Of a DNA stretch of 43,787 bases, positions 38,055 to 43,787 are shown in pieces; the first letter of the stretch is position 1, and each line of letters begins with the position of its first letter. A program made the position numbers and the translations under genes. A model generated the notes under the pieces. That model searched no databases and had not been told where the DNA came from. It saw nothing but the letters and a program-made list of their open reading frames with translations. The stretch is from Acidobacteriota bacterium (GTDB lineage Bacteria > Acidobacteriota > Blastocatellia > Pyrinomonadales > Pyrinomonadaceae), in contig JACCRD010000002.1 in assembly GCA_013813755.1 (NCBI GenBank), positions 1 through 43,787 of the forward strand, given 5' to 3'.

Positions 38055-40180
38055 TTTACAACGCGTATCCTTTCGTTTGAAGATTTGTTTTTAATATTGC
38101 TTTTCGTTATTTTTTTGTCCGGTGCTGTTTTAGGCTTCGCTCGATCTTTTTCTTCGATTAAAGATTTATTCGATTCTGGTTTTACATCTTTTGGCGTTTT
38201 GCTCGCCTGCAACTTTTCCTTTTCAGATTTTATTGCCGCTGCCTCCAACGGTTTTTTGACATTTTTTTCAGGCGGTTTGCTCTCAGGCATTTTGCTTTCA
38301 GGCGTTTTAATTGAAGCTTCTACATTTGAAGTTATCTTTGAAATTATTCGCGCGTCCGGTTCAACCGGCTCTTCCTGCGCGGCGGCGTTTTCTCCTATTT
38401 CATTTTCCGTGCTTTCAATGCCAATGTCCGGAGAAATACCCAGCTCAGGCAAAACTTGCTCGGCGATTTCACGAAAAATCGGCGCTGAAACTTGTCCGCC
38501 ATTGCGCAGTGCGCCCTGCGGTTCGTCCAGAATAACGGCAATCACGACCGTCGGATTTTCAGCCGGAGCGAATCCGACAAAAGACGAAACATATTTGCTT
38601 CCGCTGACTCGCTTTGTTTTGGGATCATATTTCCAGGCGGTTCCAGTTTTTCCGGCGGAGGTGTAGCCTCTGAGCGCTGCTTCTTTTCCGGTTCCTTGCA
38701 CGACTACTTCGCGCATCATCCGGCGCAGATTTTGCGCGGCTTGCGGGCTGACGACCGGTATTTGTTGAGGCGTAGTTATCGAAATCACTTCCCCGTCTGC
38801 TGCGCGAATTTCTTTGATAATATGCGGGCGAACTCTGATGCCGTCGTTGGCAATAGTCGCAAAAGACGAAGCGGTTTGCAAAGCCGTCACGCCGATTTCA
38901 TAACCGATCGACATTGACGCCAGCGAATCGCCTTGCCATTTCTCCTTCGGGCGGACCAGCCCGCGCATTTCAGCAGGAACTTCAATGCCGGTTTCTTCAC
39001 CAAAACCAAATAAGCGAATATAATCGCTGAATTTGTCTCTGCCGACTTTCATTCCGGTCTTGATCGCGCCGATGTTGCTGGAAATCGCAAAGGCTTTGGT
39101 AAAAGAAAGCGCTTTGCCGCAATGGCTGTCCGTAAATTTGTGATTGCCGACTTCGATAAATCCGTTGCCGCAGCTAAATTGCTCTTCAGGTTTGATTAAT
39201 CGTTCATTAAGCGCCGCGCCATAGGTCACAAGTTTAAAAATTGAACCCGGCGCGTAACTGTTCTGCACCGCTTTGTTCTTGTAATTTTCCGCCGGAAACG
39301 CGCTGGCGTTATTCGGATTAAAAGTCGGATAGTTCGCCATCGCCAAAATTTCACCGGTTTTCGGGTCAAGCACAACCGCTATTCCTGATTTCGCCTGTGC
39401 CGCTTTGACTCCCGCCTGGAGCGCTTCTTCCGCCTTGTACTGAATAGAATGACTAATTGTTAAAACGACATCCTTCGGCGGTTCGCGCACTCCTTCCGAT
39501 TCATCATAAACTCTGCCCAGACGATCGCGATCCTGCCAGGTTTTAACGGTCGCGCCGCGCAAATTTTCTTCCTGTGAAAGTTCGATTCCCGCCTGTCCGA
39601 TGTCGTCCGCGCCGCTAAAGCCGACGACCTGCGAGGCGAGCGCGCCGTATGGGTACGAGCGTTGGTGTTCTTCTCTCCAGTGCAAACCGGCGAGTCTCGG
39701 CTCGTCAAATTTTCTCAATTCTGGTTCTCTCAGCGCTTCATTAAGTTTTAAAACCGTGTCTTCGTCAATTTTTCGCGCCAGCCAAACAAATCTTTTGCCG
39801 CTCTTTTTGGCTTCGCTTAAATTATTTAAAATCTCATTCGGATTAACTTTGAGCGCGGCAGCAACTTTTTTCGCAGTCGCCGCAACATCATCAATTTCGG
39901 CGGGATCGGCAAATAAAGATTTGGATTTCACGCTCATTGCCAAAACGCGTCCGGAACGATCAAAAATAGTGCCGCGCAGCGTTTTGCTTTTTATTTGATC
40001 ACGTCTCTGATCAAGCGCTTTTTCGCGCAGCCAATCGCTTTGATTAACTTGCAGGTGAACAAGTCGCACGCCGATCGCGCCAATCCATAAAATAAAAAAT
40101 GCGACAATCAGCATAAAGCGCGTGAACCCCGTCTGCATCGAAGCATTTTTGCGGCTGATTTCTCGTGAGTATTCTCGCAT
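38051..40180 (-). CDS. ftsI: Class B penicillin-binding protein FtsI (PBP3-type transpeptidase) with a roughly 124-aa Lys/Pro/Glu-rich C-terminal tail
   Basis: It has an N-terminal TM segment, a PBP dimerisation domain, and the transpeptidase motifs SIFK (SxxK), SSN and KTGT. The tail begins after ...PELGISPD. It sits in the dcw position after ftsL. Confidence 0.88.
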   Translation of the reverse strand: MREYSREISRKNASMQTGFTRFMLIVAFFILWIGAIGVRLVHLQVNQSDWLREKALDQRRDQIKSKTLRGTIFDRSGRVLAMSVKSKSLFADPAEIDDVAATAKKVAAALKVNPNEILNNLSEAKKSGKRFVWLARKIDEDTVLKLNEALREPELRKFDEPRLAGLHWREEHQRSYPYGALASQVVGFSGADDIGQAGIELSQEENLRGATVKTWQDRDRLGRVYDESEGVREPPKDVVLTISHSIQYKAEEALQAGVKAAQAKSGIAVVLDPKTGEILAMANYPTFNPNNASAFPAENYKNKAVQNSYAPGSIFKLVTYGAALNERLIKPEEQFSCGNGFIEVGNHKFTDSHCGKALSFTKAFAISSNIGAIKTGMKVGRDKFSDYIRLFGFGEETGIEVPAEMRGLVRPKEKWQGDSLASMSIGYEIGVTALQTASSFATIANDGIRVRPHIIKEIRAADGEVISITTPQQIPVVSPQAAQNLRRMMREVVVQGTGKEAALRGYTSAGKTGTAWKYDPKTKRVSGSKYVSSFVGFAPAENPTVVIAVILDEPQGALRNGGQVSAPIFREIAEQVLPELGISPDIGIESTENEIGENAAAQEEPVEPDARIISKITSNVEASIKTPESKMPESKPPEKNVKKPLEAAAIKSEKEKLQASKTPKDVKPESNKSLIEEKDRAKPKTAPDKKITKSNIKNKSSNERIRVVN

Positions 40181-40260
40181 TTTTTGTCAAAGGGATAATT
40201 TTTATCAACGATGTTTCAAACTTTTGTGTCGGACGCGCCCGCATAATTAACTTAAACTCT

Positions 40261-40785
40261 TTATTTCTTAGCAACTTGCGCCGGTTTGGTTTTGTTCTCT
40301 TTGTCCTTCAGCTCCGGTAATTTTTTAACTCCGCTTTCAGGCTTTTTCGCTTCTGTTTTCGGTTCTTCAACTTTCGCAGAAGTGGGGGCAGGCGTTGGTT
40401 TAGGTTTTTCGACAAGCAACTTTTCCGGACGCGTTTTTTCCTGAGGAGCAACATTCGTCCGCGATTCGACAGTTTTGTCCGAAGGAGCGTAGGTTAAACC
40501 AATTTTTTTAGCGGCTTTTTTTATTTCCGTGTGTGAAAGCGCGATTTCCTTGGCAAGCAGAAGTCTTCGCTTGTCAGCTTCGAGTTCTTCAATCTGCTTT
40601 TTAAGTCTGGAGTTTTTGACACGAAAATCAAAAGACGCGAAATGTTGCCGAGCAGCGAAAAAGAAGCCGACCACCAAAAGCAGTCCGCAAACCAATGTTA
40701 AAAAACGGTATCGCCACGGAATGGATCGGCGTTCGGGAGAAGCGTTTTTTATTCGTTTTTTATTGGATATGTTTTTTTTGCTCAT
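40261..40785 (-). CDS. ftsL: Cell division protein FtsL-like (TM + coiled coil) with a Lys/Pro/Glu-rich tail
   Basis: It lies between rsmH and ftsI. The product has a single TM segment (FLTLVCGLLLVVGFFFAA) followed by KKQIEELEADKRRLLLAKEIALS. ATG 40785 is preferred over GTG 40800. Confidence 0.65.
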   Translation of the reverse strand: MSKKNISNKKRIKNASPERRSIPWRYRFLTLVCGLLLVVGFFFAARQHFASFDFRVKNSRLKKQIEELEADKRRLLLAKEIALSHTEIKKAAKKIGLTYAPSDKTVESRTNVAPQEKTRPEKLLVEKPKPTPAPTSAKVEEPKTEAKKPESGVKKLPELKDKENKTKPAQVAKK

Positions 40786-40834
40786 CTTTTTCACCTGCAC
40801 CGCTGATCAAATAATTTCAGACCAGATAATTCAA

Positions 40835-41788
40835 CTAATCTATTTTTCGACACGTGCGAAGTTTAGCGCTTCGGGCGCGCGGATTATTGTCCGTTTCTTC
40901 TTCGCCCGACGTAACCGGCTTGCGCGTTAAAATTTCAATTTCCCGGCTTGCTCTGCACACGCATACGGGCATTCGCGGCGGACAAAAACATTTTCCGGAT
41001 AATTTTTGCATTGTCTGTTTAACAATCCGATCTTCCAGAGAGTGAAAAGTTATTACAGCCATTCGTCCGCCAGCTTTCAAAATTTTCACGCTATCCCTGA
41101 CAAACTGTTCGATAATTTCAAGTTCGTCGTTAACGGCAATCCGCAACGCCTGAAAAGTTTTTGTCGCCGGATGAATCTTGTCTTTTTTCCCGCGCCAAAT
41201 CGCTTTTTCGACTAATTTGGCAAGTTCCCCGGTGGTCTTGACCGGTTCGCCCCGCTCTCTCCGCTCAACAATGCGCCGAGCGATACGGCGGGAAAATCTT
41301 TCTTCCCCGTATTCGTAAATAATACGAGCGATTTCAAATTCCGAAAGCGTTTCGAGCAGTTCGGCGGCAGTTTCCGTGTCCGCGTCCGCATCCATCCTCA
41401 TATCAAGCGGCGCATCAAACCGAAAACTAAACCCGCGCGTTTCGCTGTCAAACTGCAAGGATGAAACACCCAAATCGGCTAAAATACAATCCGCCTTTTC
41501 AATACCAGCTTTTTCGAGGACCAGCAGAATATCCGAAAAATTCGCGTGAAATGCCTCAAATTGATTTCCGAAGTGCGCCAGACGCTGCTCTGCAAGTTCA
41601 ATTGCTCGCGCGTCCTGATCGATACCAATCGCCTGGATGTCTCCGGAAATCGCCAAAATAGCTTCCGTATGCCCGCCTAAACCGAGCGTCGCGTCAACGA
41701 AAACTTCGCCCGGCTGCGGGTCGAGCATTTGCAGAGTTTCAGCGAGCAGCACCGGTTTATGTATGTTTTCAGCTTTATTTATAAGCAT
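40835..41788 (-). CDS. rsmH: 16S rRNA (cytosine1402-N4)-methyltransferase RsmH (MraW)
   Basis: ATG 41788 gives MLINKAENIHKPVLLAETL. Motifs include DATLGLGGHTEAIL, ADLGVSSLQFD, FHSLEDRIVK and NPRARSAKLR. The track's upstream extension was not used. Confidence 0.93.
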   Translation of the reverse strand: MLINKAENIHKPVLLAETLQMLDPQPGEVFVDATLGLGGHTEAILAISGDIQAIGIDQDARAIELAEQRLAHFGNQFEAFHANFSDILLVLEKAGIEKADCILADLGVSSLQFDSETRGFSFRFDAPLDMRMDADADTETAAELLETLSEFEIARIIYEYGEERFSRRIARRIVERRERGEPVKTTGELAKLVEKAIWRGKKDKIHPATKTFQALRIAVNDELEIIEQFVRDSVKILKAGGRMAVITFHSLEDRIVKQTMQKLSGKCFCPPRMPVCVCRASREIEILTRKPVTSGEEETDNNPRARSAKLRTCRKID

Positions 41789-42264
41789 TTTCAAAGAGCG
41801 CGGTGAAAGTTTTGACGAATGCGATTTTCTCGCACACAGAGAGACACACCGAGATAAGCTTGTCAAAAATCCGTAACAAAAATACTAAAAATTAATTGTC
41901 GTTGATTTTATGCGAAAAACCGGAATTTTTTGACCGTCCGCTTCCGTTAACGAATTCCGCATAATATCTGTTTAGAAATTTTCCGGGGAAAGTGCTTAAA
42001 CTTAAACACTGCTTAGTTAAAAAACTTTTTTGCCTAATACTTAAATCAGATTGTTATCAACTAATTATCAGCATATTACGATTATTTCTCAAACTCTGTC
42101 AAGGATAATTTTTAATTTTTTTACTTAATCAAGTGCTTAAATTTTGACATCTGTTCAGGCAGCGATTTACTATTAATTTTTGTGCGAGTTAATGTTTTCC
42201 TTTCGGCGATGTTTGCGCTAAAGTTTAGGGTCATTTGTTTTAACCAAAAACTTTTTCGCGCCTT

Positions 42265-43065
42265 ATGGACAATACGCTTATTCAACTTCTCGCTTTCGGC
42301 ACAATCGCGGCTCTTGCCAACGTGCTTGGCGGATTGATTCTTTTTCCGAGAGGCGTCCAAAAAAACTACAAAAAAATTCTGAAGTATGTTTTAGCGCTCG
42401 GCGCGGGCTTTATGCTCGCCGTAACTTTTATCGATGTTTTGCCGGAAGCGATTAAAATTTGGCAGAAGCGCGTCGGCGCGGAAAACGAAAATTTTTTAGT
42501 TTATCCGATGATGCTCCTGCTCGCTGGTTACCTTTTGACACAGTTTTTTGAACACACGATCGCGCCGCATTTTCATCTGGGCGAAGAAGTTCATCCCGAT
42601 CATCTGATTTCGCCGCGGTCGGCTTACACAGCAATCGGCGGGCTTCTGATTCACACATTTTTTGACGGCGTGTCGATTTCCGCTGCCGCGCAGGTTGATT
42701 TCAAAGTCGGAATTTTAGTTTTTATCGCCGTTTTTCTGCATAAATTTCCCGAAGGTTTTACGATCGGCTCGATGGTTCTGGCTGCCGGAAAAAACCGCAA
42801 AGAAGTTCTGCTCGCCACAACTTTAGTTGGCGCGACTACTCTGCTCGGCGTTTTTGTTTTTTATCTGGTTGGCGATGTTGGCTTTACGCTTGCCTACGCG
42901 CTTCCCGTCGCCAGCGGCGTGACACTTTACGTAGCGGCGAGCGATCTGATTCCAGAAGTTAATCATCACGGCGGAAAACGTCCGCTCGTTTCATTTGCGG
43001 TCTTCGCGGGCGTTGCGCTATTTTTCCTGATACACTACGCTTTACATTTGGTTTTAGAAAATTAG
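42265..43065 (+). CDS. ZIP-family divalent metal (Zn/Fe) transporter, ZupT-like
   Basis: It is polytopic with a His-containing loop (HFHLGEEVHPDH) and the ZIP signature FLHKFPEGFTIGS. Confidence 0.85.
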   Translation: MDNTLIQLLAFGTIAALANVLGGLILFPRGVQKNYKKILKYVLALGAGFMLAVTFIDVLPEAIKIWQKRVGAENENFLVYPMMLLLAGYLLTQFFEHTIAPHFHLGEEVHPDHLISPRSAYTAIGGLLIHTFFDGVSISAAAQVDFKVGILVFIAVFLHKFPEGFTIGSMVLAAGKNRKEVLLATTLVGATTLLGVFVFYLVGDVGFTLAYALPVASGVTLYVAASDLIPEVNHHGGKRPLVSFAVFAGVALFFLIHYALHLVLEN

Positions 43066-43128
43066 AACTTTGCGAAAATAATTTCGTATTGTTCAAGGCT
43101 GGCAAAAAATTTTGTCAATTTATTAAGG

Positions 43129-43787
43129 ATGATTAAAAGACTTACAGCATTAGAAAAAATTCGCGTATTGCTTTTCGGTTTGCTTTTATGTTTGGCGAGC
43201 GCGGAAGTCTTTGCGCAGAGCGCGAGTCCGTTTTCGCTCAATGAATCGCCGCTTCCCGCTCCGACCGGCTTCGTCAACGATTTTGTCGGTGTACTTGATG
43301 CTGGTACCAAACAGCAGCTCGAAGCGCGCATTAAGGAGTTAAAGGAAAAGACCAATCCGCAGGTTGAACTTGCCGTTGCAATCGTCGGCACTACGGGCGA
43401 GCGTCCGATTTTTGATTATTCGCTGGCGGTCGCGCGCGGCTGGAAAATCGGTTCAAAAGAAGATGATAATCCGAGCGCACTTTTGTTTATTGCGATTGAA
43501 GACCGAAAATACTTCACGCACGTCAGTAAGGATTTGGAAGACGAATTGCCCGACGGTTTAGTCGGACAACTGCAAAGACAAAATCTGGTTCCGGCTTTTA
43601 AGCAGCAAAATTACGCGAAGGGCATCAGCGATACCATCGAAGCGTATATCAGCACAATTGAAGCAAAACAAAGCGGAGTCGCTCCGGCAGCAGAACCAAC
43701 TCCTCAACAGAGAGGACGAAGAAGCTCCGGTTCATCGTGCAATTTTATGACTTGTCTAATAATTCTTTTTGTGCTTTTGATAATAAT
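43129..43787 (+). CDS. TPM-domain (YgcG-like) protein, 3'-truncated by the window end
   Basis: This ORF is not in the supplied track because it has no stop codon. My own translation from ATG 43129 is open to the window end. It has a signal peptide (VLLFGLLLCLASAEVFA), GFVNDFVGVLDAGTKQQLEARIKELKEKTNPQVELAVAIV, GWKIGSKEDDNPSALLFIAIEDRKYFTHV and a C-terminal TM start. Confidence 0.8.
   Translation, partial: MIKRLTALEKIRVLLFGLLLCLASAEVFAQSASPFSLNESPLPAPTGFVNDFVGVLDAGTKQQLEARIKELKEKTNPQVELAVAIVGTTGERPIFDYSLAVARGWKIGSKEDDNPSALLFIAIEDRKYFTHVSKDLEDELPDGLVGQLQRQNLVPAFKQQNYAKGISDTIEAYISTIEAKQSGVAPAAEPTPQQRGRRSSGSSCNFMTCLIILFVLLII

Noticed and set aside
42121-42360. 79-aa minus-strand ORF upstream of rsmH, considered as a possible mraZ
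   Set aside because: It has no MraZ/AbrB-like motif (no DxKGR repeats), it overlaps the ZIP transporter start, and it is Lys/Ser-rich low complexity.
43100-43116. Sigma-54-like TGGCAAAAAATTTTGT upstream of the TPM gene, plus internal near-matches such as TGGCAGAAAAATATGCT at about 1688
   Set aside because: The spacing between GG and the -12 element is wrong, or the -12 element lacks GC (TG rather than GC at the required position). The match near 1688 is also intragenic.
43062-43391. 109-aa minus-strand ORF after the ZIP gene
   Set aside because: It is antisense to a much better plus-strand reading frame (43129 to the window end) with clear TPM-domain motifs and a signal peptide.

Overview
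This is a 43.8-kb, moderately AT-rich chromosomal window. It is probably from an Acidobacteriota-like diderm bacterium; that is an inference from two 'acidobacterial VWFA' (TIGR03436-like) secreted proteins, a tricorn-type protease, a DUF11/CarboxypepD_reg surface protein and a KdoO-like LPS hydroxylase.

Layout, left to right:
- 0.3-5.6 kb: two small secreted proteins of extreme composition (one Arg-rich, one Asn/Arg-rich). Each sits behind a near-consensus sigma-54 (-24/-12) promoter. They flank a KdoO-like gene and a trmFO / HslV-like / TauE operon.
- 5.9-14.5 kb: a secreted/periplasmic protein block with tricorn-like protease, VWA, unknown, VWA, PQQ sugar dehydrogenase and another unknown.
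- 14.8-18.8 kb: a stress/proteostasis block with a NirD-like Rieske protein, a CBS pair, Hsp20 and Lon.
- 18.8-20.9 kb: an isolated DUF11 surface-protein gene behind a 580-bp AT-rich spacer.
- 21.0-26.3 kb: valS, an atypical single-REC response regulator and pdxA.
- 26.7-41.8 kb (minus strand): a compact dcw cluster, rsmH-ftsL-ftsI-murF-mraY-murD-ftsW-murG-murC-ftsQ-ftsA-ftsZ. It lacks mraZ, murE, murB and ddl.
- 42.3-43.8 kb: a ZIP metal transporter and a 3'-truncated TPM-domain gene.

I found no rRNA, tRNA, CRISPR array, transposase/integrase or recognisable defence system. The most unusual signal is the pair of sigma-54-driven, nitrogen-rich secreted proteins. Secondary oddities are three long near-perfect hairpins without U-tracts, an orphan HslV-like Ntn hydrolase translationally coupled to a TauE membrane protein, and the gaps in the dcw gene set.

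All family assignments come from motif recognition by eye; no database search was run.
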